From Thermodesulfobacteriota bacterium (GTDB taxonomy: Bacteria > Desulfobacterota_D > UBA1144 > Nemesobacterales > JAJCZQ01): a DNA stretch of 64,000 nt. Below the pieces are notes generated by a model. The model worked only from the letters and a program-made list of their open reading frames with translations, was not told the DNA's origin and searched no databases. Location: assembly GCA_965203965.1 (NCBI GenBank), contig CBDBDR010000017.1, positions 1,152,001 through 1,216,000 of the forward strand, read 5' to 3'. A program made the translations under genes and the position numbers. Numbering within the stretch: the stretch's first letter is position 1; every line of letters begins with the position of its first letter. Of the stretch, positions 18,664 through 27,115 are shown in pieces.

Positions 18664-19000
18664 ACGGATTCGGAGGGATTTCCAATAAAAAGTTAGTCCT
18701 GTAACAAGTAAATTTCAGCCAATGTTTATAGGGTCATATAAAGCCCTGTTTATAATGTCTTTATAACTTGTTGTTAAAAATGCTTTAATGTGAACAGATT
18801 GTGGACAACTTGTTTCCAATAAGTTGTCAATTTTCTTAACTACCCGTAATTATTGAATAAAATAGAAATAGAAAGATAATTAGTTTTAATTGAATTATTT
18901 TTAAGTTGTGGATTATTACAAATTGTTTCACGTGAAACAGTTATTTACCAATACAGAATTTACTGAATATTTCCCCCAGAATATCTTCAGTTGTTACCTC
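18664..19000 (+). repeat. 337-bp direct repeat, copy 2 (duplicated mnmE 3' end + parS + AT-rich region)
   Basis: Matches 16735-17071; contains TGTTTCACGTGAAACA at 18924-18939 and the codons for EVTTEDILGEIFSKFCIGK-stop on the minus strand. Confidence 0.95.
18924..18939. promoter_or_regulatory. parS site (perfect palindrome), inside repeat copy 2
   Basis: TGTTTCACGTGAAACA seen directly. Confidence 0.9.
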
Positions 19001-19035
19001 CAAATTTTCTATGCCTGTGCTTACTTTTTTGTATC

Positions 19036-20148
19036 TCAATTAACACCAAAACTAATAGTAAGATCGGATCCGGGGTATATGTCATTTGCATTAAAAACGT
19101 TTTTGCTTTGCAGAAGCACCTTAAAATAATTTCCCATCATTGAGGGCATAAACAGATTTTTTATTGAGTTAATATTGCCTTGTTCTTTAACGTCTCTCTC
19201 TACGATCTTCAGAATTCCCCAGTCAACAAGAAACTGTCCCTGAGTTGTGTATTTGACCTTGTTTAACCCGATCTGAATCCCGATCCGTATCAGATTCGTA
19301 AAATCAACATCGGCTGTAATATCCTGACGTCCGATGTTTTTATACGGATCTTCATTTAATGAGTGGTTTTGGAAGCACCTGAAAGTGCCGTTGATCCTTT
19401 GGTTGTTAAAATATTCTTCGGATAAATACCCGTAATCAATGGTAAGTATATAACCTGTATCCATGTATTTGGTGATGTCTTTTAGCACTTCTTCCGCTAA
19501 AAGATTCACCTCAATCTGCTTTGACTCTACCGGCTCCAAGTCATAACTGTCTAAATAATCCTTAATTTTTTCACTTGATAAAGCTCCGATAGTTTCTTTG
19601 AATTCACTGTTTTTGTGATCAACATAGATTTCATTAAATTTGCCATTGCGATAAATGACTCTGTGGAAAGGAAGTGAGTCAAATAGCTCATTTGAGATCA
19701 CTATGCCACTAAAAGAGTTTTCTAATTCACTGATATTATTGAATATTTTTATTTTATCTTCATGGTTTTGCAGCATAGTTTTGCATTTATTTCCGTTGTT
19801 TTTGTCAATGATCACATAGTTGATAGATCTATACAGTTTGGGTTTTGTCGACAGATAGTTCAGAATATCCAGTGCGAGGTAACCCTTACCTGCCCCCAGT
19901 TCCAAAATGGAGAATCTGGGTGTATCTAAAAAACCGATCGCTTTTTCTATGAACATCCCAATTACTTCTCCAAACGCCGCGCTTACGTGGGGACTTGTGT
20001 AGAAATCCCCATTTTTGCCTATTTTTACTTTTCCCGACCTATAATAGCCAAATTCAGGGTGATAGTGCGCAAGGTTCATAAAGTCCGCAAATGTGGTCGG
20101 TCCGCCGCTTAGTATTTGTTTCTTTATGAGGTGTTCAAGCTCATTCAT
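19036..20148 (-). CDS. SAM-dependent methyltransferase, MidA/NDUFAF7 family
   Basis: YHPEFGYY, GDFYTSP, LELGAGKG, SNELFDSLP, IDYG and QDITADVDF motifs. Confidence 0.9.
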   Translation of the reverse strand: MNELEHLIKKQILSGGPTTFADFMNLAHYHPEFGYYRSGKVKIGKNGDFYTSPHVSAAFGEVIGMFIEKAIGFLDTPRFSILELGAGKGYLALDILNYLSTKPKLYRSINYVIIDKNNGNKCKTMLQNHEDKIKIFNNISELENSFSGIVISNELFDSLPFHRVIYRNGKFNEIYVDHKNSEFKETIGALSSEKIKDYLDSYDLEPVESKQIEVNLLAEEVLKDITKYMDTGYILTIDYGYLSEEYFNNQRINGTFRCFQNHSLNEDPYKNIGRQDITADVDFTNLIRIGIQIGLNKVKYTTQGQFLVDWGILKIVERDVKEQGNINSIKNLFMPSMMGNYFKVLLQSKNVFNANDIYPGSDLTISFGVN

Positions 20149-20202
20149 CTCAATTCGGGGATTTTAAGAATAAAAAAGTGGCAATAAATGGTTGCAGTAT
20201 GA

Positions 20203-23200
20203 TCAATAAGCGAGTTTTACTTCGCCTTTGCCGATAATATCCTCAATCGTTCTTACAAATTCCTCATCGGTATTCACCTTGCAGTTGCCAACCTCAATGA
20301 CTGCCTTCTGTCCATTATTATCCAAATGAATATGGATCTTAGATTGTCCGGGATTAAGTGTAAAGGCTTTCTTTAGTCTGTTCATAACCTCTGGGTTTGC
20401 ATTTTGTCTATCCAGATTTATGTGTAGAAGGCAATTTTTGCTCCTGATATGGTTTAGGGAATAAATTTTAGAAGCCTTGATCTTGGCACGCTCCTCAGAA
20501 GGGTCAACAAACCCTTCAACAATTATTGGTTCAACTTTCTCCTCAAGAATAGCTTTTGATCTGCGTAAAATATCGTTAAATAGGATCACTTCAACAGAGC
20601 CTTTAAGATCTTCAAGCACCATATTGGCGTAGATGCCTGAGCCGTTTTTTGTTCGCTTTTCTTTAAGGGATCTCACGATACCGGCGATCGTTACCTGCTT
20701 TTTGGATTTTTGGGACGCAATAGTTTCGCTGTCGCATTTTGACGTATATATCTCAAGCTCGGAGGTGTATTTTGACATTGGGTGACTTGTAACGTAAAAG
20801 CCAAGCACTTCCATCTCGTTTGTCAGCATTGTTTTCATGTTCCATTTATCAACGTCTTGGAGAGAAGGAAGGAATATGGTTGAATCAATTTCAAAAAGTG
20901 CGTGCTGACCTTCAAGAGAACTTTGATGCTTAGCGGCATTGAAGGAGATCAGGCTTTCCAGAGAGTTGATAAGTTTTGCACGGTTCGGTTCAAGTGAATC
21001 AAACACACCGCTTTTAATAAGACTCTCAAAGGTTTTCCTGGTTAACTTTTTACTGTCCACCCTTGAACAGAAATCAAAAATGGACTCAAACGGCCCATCT
21101 TTCTCTCTGGATCCTATAATTGCGCTGACGGTGTTCCCTCCGACGTTCTTAATTGCAGAAAGTCCAAATCTGATCTTACCTTCAACGGGCGTGAATTCGG
21201 ACATACTTTCATTAACGTCAGGTGCAAGCACGTCAATGTTCATTTTTCTACACTCGGTTATACACGAAATGATCTTGTCCGTGTTTTGATGTTCATTTGT
21301 CATAAGGGAAGCCATAAACTCCGTTGGGTAATGTGCTTTTGTATAAGCCGTCTGGTATGTGATCATTGCATAAGCCGTGCTGTGACTTTTATTAAATGAA
21401 TATTCGGCAAATTTTTCCATAGTATCAAAAAGCTCGGTAGCTTTTCTTTCCGATATACCGTTATCTATGGCACCCGTTACAAACCTTTCTCTTTGTGCTT
21501 TCATTTCTTTGGGTTTCTTTTTACCCATTGCACGTCTTAGAATATCGGCTTCTCCCAGAGTGTAGCCTGCGATCTTGCTTGCAGTCTGCATTATTTGCTC
21601 TTGATAGACAAACAGCCCATAAGTGTCTTTCAATATTTCTTCCAACTTGGGATGAGGGTATTTGATTTTCTGCTTTCCATTTTTTATCTTGACAAAATCA
21701 TCAACCATTCCGCTGTCCAAAGGCCCGGGTCTGTATAGTGCCAATAAGGCTATGATGTCTTCAAAAGCACTTGGTTTCAGCCTTTTTAAGAGTTCTTTCA
21801 TTCCCTTTGATTCAATCTGAAAGATCCCTCGCGTGTTGTCGGATACAAGCAACTTATAAACCTTTTTATCGTCAAGAGGGATTTTTTTTATGTCTATTTT
21901 CTCGTCAGGGTCAGATAAAGGTTCATTAACGTATTTCAGGACTTTATCTATTACCGTGAGTGTTTTTAAGCCGAGAAAATCAAATTTCACGTATCCGAGT
22001 TTTTCAATGCAGTCCATATCAAACTGGGTAACGATCTCATTCTTGCTGCCCTTGTATAAAGGTATATAGTCTGAAATTGGCTCATTTGACACAACTATTC
22101 CCGCTGCGTGAGTGGAGGCGTGGCGAACCATGTTCTCAAGCGGCTTTGCGAGCTTCATAAGCTCCTTTAGTTGTTCAGATTTGCCAATCATATCTTTGAA
22201 TTGGGAAACTTTTTTGAGTGATTCGGAAAGACTCGCGACCTTACCCCTAAAAGAAGGGATCAATTTTGAAAGCCTGTCTGCATCCGCATAAGGGACGTCA
22301 AGCACCCTGCTGACGTCTTTGATCACTGCTTTTGACGACATGGTTCCGAACGTTCCTATTTGTGCCACCTTATCCCTTCCATATTTCTCGCTAACGTATT
22401 CAATAACCTTTTCTCTTCCTTCAGTGCAGAAATCAATATCAATATCTGGCATATTGACCCTCTCGGGGTTTAGGAATCTCTCAAATATCAGATTGTAGGG
22501 TATTGGATCAATGTCCGTTATACCAAGAACGTATGCAACAAGGCTTCCTGCTGCACTTCCTCTTCCGGGACCGACGGGTATTGACATTGATTTTGCATAA
22601 TTTATAAAATCGGCAACAATAAGAAAATAAGCAGTAAATCCCATCTGGCATATCGTGTCAACTTCAGAGTCAAGCCGTTCCCTGTATGTTTTAACCTGAT
22701 CGGATGGTATTGATTCTGTTTCTTCTATAAGTTCATTCAGTTTTTCACTTGCCAGTGCTTTTATGTGTTCATCAAGGGTCATACCTTTAGGAGGTTTGAA
22801 TTCAGGGAATTTGTAACCTTCCGTTTTGAACTCAAAATTACATCTGTTGGCTACTTCTACTGTTCTATCAAGTGCGTCTTGATAATTTTGTAGCGTCTCC
22901 TCCATTTGCTGCCTTGATTTTAAGAAAAACTGATCATTGGCGAACCTCATCCTCTTTGAGTCGCTTAGTTTTGCACCCGTCTGAATGCAGAGAAGTGCAT
23001 CATGGGGCATTGCATCTTCCTGCTTGAGGAAATGACAGTCATTTGTTGCTATTAAGGGAATTCCGAGTTTGTCACTTATTTTTTTTAGTTCACTGTTTAT
23101 AAAATTCTGCTCCCTCATTCCCGTTGCCTGTATCTCAAGGTAGTAACGGTCTGAAAATATCTCATGGTATTTTGAGGCAATTACGGCTGCCTCTGTCCTG

Positions 23201-23649
23201 TCTTTTTTGAATAAAGCAGAGGCAATTTCACTGCTCATACAGCCGCTGAGAACTATTAGACCCTCTTTATGGGTGTCCAATAGCTCATGATCAACTCTGG
23301 GACGTCTGTAAAACCCTTCAAAATAGCCTTTTGTTACAAGTTGGGAAAGATTTTTATAACCGATCTCGTTCATACACAGCAAGGTCAGATGAAAATTCTT
23401 ACCATCGGACGGTTTTTCTAGTTTTAACGTCGGGGTTACGTAAATTTCACAACCTATGATCGGCTTAATGCCGGATATTTTTGCTTTTTCATAAAATTCA
23501 TAAGCTCCAAAAAGGTTGCCATGATCGGTAATGGCAACGGCGTCCATGCCGAACTCCTTAGCCCTGTTCACAAGGTCATCGGGCTTAATTGCACCGTCCA
23601 GAAGGGAATACTGGCTATGAAGGTGAAGATGAACAAAACTGTTGCTCAT
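20203..23649 (-). CDS. dnaE: DNA polymerase III alpha subunit
   Basis: FVHLHLHSQYSLLDGA (PHP domain), GPGRGSAAGS, FERFLNPER..PDIDIDF and YSFNKSH motifs; no intein apparent. Confidence 0.98.
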   Translation of the reverse strand: MSNSFVHLHLHSQYSLLDGAIKPDDLVNRAKEFGMDAVAITDHGNLFGAYEFYEKAKISGIKPIIGCEIYVTPTLKLEKPSDGKNFHLTLLCMNEIGYKNLSQLVTKGYFEGFYRRPRVDHELLDTHKEGLIVLSGCMSSEIASALFKKDRTEAAVIASKYHEIFSDRYYLEIQATGMREQNFINSELKKISDKLGIPLIATNDCHFLKQEDAMPHDALLCIQTGAKLSDSKRMRFANDQFFLKSRQQMEETLQNYQDALDRTVEVANRCNFEFKTEGYKFPEFKPPKGMTLDEHIKALASEKLNELIEETESIPSDQVKTYRERLDSEVDTICQMGFTAYFLIVADFINYAKSMSIPVGPGRGSAAGSLVAYVLGITDIDPIPYNLIFERFLNPERVNMPDIDIDFCTEGREKVIEYVSEKYGRDKVAQIGTFGTMSSKAVIKDVSRVLDVPYADADRLSKLIPSFRGKVASLSESLKKVSQFKDMIGKSEQLKELMKLAKPLENMVRHASTHAAGIVVSNEPISDYIPLYKGSKNEIVTQFDMDCIEKLGYVKFDFLGLKTLTVIDKVLKYVNEPLSDPDEKIDIKKIPLDDKKVYKLLVSDNTRGIFQIESKGMKELLKRLKPSAFEDIIALLALYRPGPLDSGMVDDFVKIKNGKQKIKYPHPKLEEILKDTYGLFVYQEQIMQTASKIAGYTLGEADILRRAMGKKKPKEMKAQRERFVTGAIDNGISERKATELFDTMEKFAEYSFNKSHSTAYAMITYQTAYTKAHYPTEFMASLMTNEHQNTDKIISCITECRKMNIDVLAPDVNESMSEFTPVEGKIRFGLSAIKNVGGNTVSAIIGSREKDGPFESIFDFCSRVDSKKLTRKTFESLIKSGVFDSLEPNRAKLINSLESLISFNAAKHQSSLEGQHALFEIDSTIFLPSLQDVDKWNMKTMLTNEMEVLGFYVTSHPMSKYTSELEIYTSKCDSETIASQKSKKQVTIAGIVRSLKEKRTKNGSGIYANMVLEDLKGSVEVILFNDILRRSKAILEEKVEPIIVEGFVDPSEERAKIKASKIYSLNHIRSKNCLLHINLDRQNANPEVMNRLKKAFTLNPGQSKIHIHLDNNGQKAVIEVGNCKVNTDEEFVRTIEDIIGKGEVKLAY

Positions 23650-23733
23650 GTTGAAACTTTATTATATCCGAATAAAATATCAGAATAAATTTATTATCTG
23701 TTAAGATAGTTAAGTTATTGTGCGAGATCAGGT

Positions 23734-24066
23734 ATGAAATGCCCAGAATGTAAAGTAAAAATAGGATTTATAGAAAGTCTTACGATTTTAAATCCATTCA
23801 ATTTTAAGTGCCAAAAATGCAATAGTTCTCTTTCCATAAGCAGATCATCCACTAAAGCATACTTGTTATTGTTTTGCATTATACCAATACTTTCCTTTAC
23901 AGGCTCTCGCTTTCTTACTGCAGAAGGCATTTTGACGAGTGATCTCTTGAAAGTGGTCGTGCCCGTAATACTTCTAATGGTGGTTGGCATACACTACTTG
24001 TTCTGGAACCGTGCGGATGCAAAGTTAAAAAAGGAGGATAAGTCGCCAGACTTCACTAATTGTTGA
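23734..24066 (+). CDS. Small hypothetical membrane protein with N-terminal CxxC...CxxC zinc ribbon
   Basis: MKCPEC...FKCQKC followed by two hydrophobic segments. Confidence 0.65.
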   Translation: MKCPECKVKIGFIESLTILNPFNFKCQKCNSSLSISRSSTKAYLLLFCIIPILSFTGSRFLTAEGILTSDLLKVVVPVILLMVVGIHYLFWNRADAKLKKEDKSPDFTNC

Positions 24067-24232
24067 GAGACCACCACGTATATTAAATAAATTATCAAGA
24101 GCATGTGGCAAAATCTCCATGCAAGAGTGACGATATTCCTGATATCCGAAAGTTACCCACAGGATGGGCAGAGAGGGGGTGTTGGAGTCCTTCAGCCATG
24201 TTCAGGGGAACGTCAGGGTTTCTTTTATAACA

Positions 24233-24298
24233 GATTAAATGGCAGTTAAACGCCAGTTAAATACCAGTTAAATGCCATTTAAGGCATCATTAAACACC
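24233..24298 (+). repeat. Six degenerate 11-bp tandem repeats (consensus AGTTAAAYRCC)
   Basis: GATTAAATGGC AGTTAAACGCC AGTTAAATACC AGTTAAATGCC ATTTAAGGCAT CATTAAACACC read directly. Confidence 0.8.
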
Positions 24299-24299
24299 G

Positions 24300-24379
24300 T
24301 TTCAGGCTTCACCTGTCAACCCCCTCCAGAGGAGGGGAATTACCCTGCCCCGGGACTAACCCGTCAAGGAAGGGGAATT
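24300..24379 (+). repeat. REP/MITE-like palindromic element (CCCCTCC-AGA-GGAGGGGAATT) plus a degenerate second copy
   Basis: TCAGGCTTCACCTGTCAACCCCCTCCAGAGGAGGGGAATT resembles 18549-18586; a second GGAAGGGGAATT lies at about 24368-24379. Confidence 0.65.
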
Positions 24380-24445
24380 GGGAACAGTTTACAGTCTGTG
24401 CGTTGTTTCTTTGGAAATGGACGGCTTTTGATTTAAAATAGATAA

Positions 24446-25978
24446 ATGGCACAGACAGACCCCTCTAGTTTAGAAAACCAGCTTTTCAAAGCCGCGGACA
24501 AACTGCGTAACAACATAGACGCGGCGGAATACAAGCATATTTCGCTTGGTTTGTTATTTCTTAAATACATATCTGACTCTTTTGAAGCCAGACACGAAGA
24601 ATTGGAAAATCTGAAAGAGACCGAGGGCGCCGACCCCGAAGATCCCGATGAATACCGTTCGGAGAATGTGTTTTGGGTTCCAAAAAATGCAAGATGGGAA
24701 ACCCTTCAATCTCAGGCAAGACAGCCAACTATTGGAGAAATTTTGGACGAGGCAATGGGAGCAATAGAAAGGGAAAACACAACCCTTAAAGGAATTCTGC
24801 CCAAAGTCTTTGCAAGGCCCAACATCTCTTCTTCAACCCTTGGTGAGTTGATTGATCTATTCAGCGATATTGCTCTCGGAGATGAATCCGCCAAATCAAA
24901 AGACGTTCTCGGTAAGGTATATGAATACTTTCTCGGACAGTTTGCCCTTGCCGAAGGCAAAAAAGGCGGACAGTTCTATACTCCCGCATCCATAGTAAAC
25001 CTGCTTGTGGAAATGATAGAGCCGTATAAAGGCAGGGTTTTTGACCCGTGCTGCGGAAGTGGAGGAATGTTTGTTTCAAGCGAGAAATTTATAAAAGAGC
25101 ATCAGGGGAAAATAAACGACATTTCAATCTACGGACAGGAAAGCAATCAGACCACCTACCGACTTTGCCGAATGAACCTCGCCATTCGCAACATAGACGG
25201 CTCACAGGTGAAGTGGAATAATGAGGGATCATTTCTACATGATACGCACCCTGACCTGAAAGCGGATTTTATCCTTGCAAATCCGCCGTTCAACGACAGC
25301 GACTGGAGCGGTAAACAACTGCAAAGCGATGCCCGATGGAAATACGGCGTGCCACCCGTGGGTAACGCCAACTTTGCGTGGGTTCAGCACTTCATACACC
25401 ACCTTTCACCAAAAGGCGTTGCAGGGTTTGTATTATCAAAAGGCTCTCTCACTTCCAAGTCGTCAAATGAGGATGTCATCCGCAAAAACATAATTGAGGC
25501 GGGAATTGTTGACTGCATTGTAAATCTGCCAACCAAATTGTTTTTGAATACGCAAATTCCGGCGTGTCTATGGTTCATCTCCAACAAACGGCACGGCTAT
25601 AACGGTGACCGCAACCGTAGTGGTGATATTTTGTTTATAGATACAAATGAACTCGGGCATTTGATCAATCGCAGAACAAGGGAGTTCTCCGATGAAGATA
25701 TAGGCAAGGTTGCAGATACTTACCATGAATGGAGAAAAGAAGGCGGGAAGTATGAGGACGTTCCGGGGTTTTGTGCTTCGGTGGATGTGCAGAGGGTAAA
25801 AGAGTTGGACTATGTTTTGAGTCCGGGGCGTTACGTGGGGCTTGCGGAAATTGAGGATGATTTTGATTTTGGAACACGATTTGCGGAGTTAAAAGCGGAG
25901 TTTGAGGGACAGATCAAGGAAGAAGTGGAATTAAATAAGCGGATTTTGAAGAATTTGAGCAATATCAAGTATGAGTAA
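24446..25978 (+). CDS. hsdM: Type I restriction-modification methyltransferase subunit M
   Basis: [33 protein letters not shown] and ANPPFN (N6-adenine MTase) motifs. Confidence 0.97.
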   Translation: MAQTDPSSLENQLFKAADKLRNNIDAAEYKHISLGLLFLKYISDSFEARHEELENLKETEGADPEDPDEYRSENVFWVPKNARWETLQSQARQPTIGEILDEAMGAIERENTTLKGILPKVFARPNISSSTLGELIDLFSDIALGDESAKSKDVLGKVYEYFLGQFALAEGKKGGQFYTPASIVNLLVEMIEPYKGRVFDPCCGSGGMFVSSEKFIKEHQGKINDISIYGQESNQTTYRLCRMNLAIRNIDGSQVKWNNEGSFLHDTHPDLKADFILANPPFNDSDWSGKQLQSDARWKYGVPPVGNANFAWVQHFIHHLSPKGVAGFVLSKGSLTSKSSNEDVIRKNIIEAGIVDCIVNLPTKLFLNTQIPACLWFISNKRHGYNGDRNRSGDILFIDTNELGHLINRRTREFSDEDIGKVADTYHEWRKEGGKYEDVPGFCASVDVQRVKELDYVLSPGRYVGLAEIEDDFDFGTRFAELKAEFEGQIKEEVELNKRILKNLSNIKYE

Positions 25979-27107
25979 CACAAAGATAAAACAAGAAGGC
26001 TGGCGGGAGGTGAAGTTGAGGGAGGTGGCGATATTTCAACGAGGACATGATTTGCCTAAATCAAAGATGAAAATTGGCAATATTCCCGTTGCTGGTTCAA
26101 ATGGTGTTATCGGTTATCACAATACTGCAACAACGAAAGCACCCGGAGTAACAATTGGAAGAAGTGGAAATATTGGATTAGCAAAATTTTACGAAAATGA
26201 TTTTTGGGCACACAATACTACTTTGTATATTAAAGACTTTTTAGGGAATGATGAGAGATTTATTTTTTATATGCTTAGCAATTTGAAACTATATGGATTC
26301 AATTCAGGAAGTGCTGTGCCAACGTTAAATAGAAATTACATACACGAATTAAATATTACCTGCCCCCCACTCCCCGAACAAAAAGCCATTGCCGAAGTGC
26401 TGTCATCGCTGGACGATAAAATAGACCTGCTCCACCGCCAAAACAAAACGCTTGAAGATATGGCACAGACGCTGTTCAGGCACTGGTTTGTGGAAAATTC
26501 CCCTCCAAAGGGGATGGGGAGTAGTGGGAAGGAGAGAGAATTATCCTATTTTGGTGACATTATTTGTGGCAAGACCCCATCAAAAAGAGTTCATAAGTAT
26601 TTCGGGGGTAATTTCCCATTTATTAAAATTCCAGATATGCACGGCAATAACTTTGTATTTGATACACTAGATACTTTGACAGAAGAGGGAAAAAATTCTC
26701 AAATTAATAAAACACTACCTCCGAAATCAATTTGTGTCAGTTGCATTGCAACAGTAGGATTAGTTTCTATGAATGCTTTTGAAAGCCAAACAAATCAGCA
26801 AATTAACTCCATTATTCCTAAAAAAGAAGAATATAGATATTTTATTTATCTCTTTATGAAGTCGTCCAAAAATTTATTAGAGTCAATGGCAAGTGGTGGA
26901 ACGGCAACTATGAATTTAAATACCGCTAATTTTTCTAAAATTTCAGTTTTAATGCCAGAAGAAGAATCATTACTTAGTTTTCATAATGTCATTAAGCATT
27001 TATTTGATAAAATATTTTACAACCATATCCAGATTAGAACCCTTGAAAATCTACGAGATACTTTATTGCCAAAATTGATGAGGGGAGATTGTAGAATACA
27101 TAACTAG
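25971..27107 (+). CDS. hsdS: Type I restriction-modification specificity subunit S
   Basis: Two TRDs separated by the conserved [22 protein letters not shown] helix; C-terminal [10 protein letters not shown]. Confidence 0.95.
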   Translation: MSNTKIKQEGWREVKLREVAIFQRGHDLPKSKMKIGNIPVAGSNGVIGYHNTATTKAPGVTIGRSGNIGLAKFYENDFWAHNTTLYIKDFLGNDERFIFYMLSNLKLYGFNSGSAVPTLNRNYIHELNITCPPLPEQKAIAEVLSSLDDKIDLLHRQNKTLEDMAQTLFRHWFVENSPPKGMGSSGKERELSYFGDIICGKTPSKRVHKYFGGNFPFIKIPDMHGNNFVFDTLDTLTEEGKNSQINKTLPPKSICVSCIATVGLVSMNAFESQTNQQINSIIPKKEEYRYFIYLFMKSSKNLLESMASGGTATMNLNTANFSKISVLMPEEESLLSFHNVIKHLFDKIFYNHIQIRTLENLRDTLLPKLMRGDCRIHN

Positions 27108-27115
27108 GAGGAGAA

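Noticed and set aside
18908..19129. 73-aa plus-strand ORF
   Set aside because: It spans the duplicated parS/mnmE tail and overlaps the methyltransferase gene antisense; no recognisable protein features.
24100..24230. Short frame containing KLPTGWAE, reminiscent of the HsdS LPxGW motif
   Set aside because: The match is too short, with no further HsdS similarity and no inverted repeats or invertase to suggest a shufflon.
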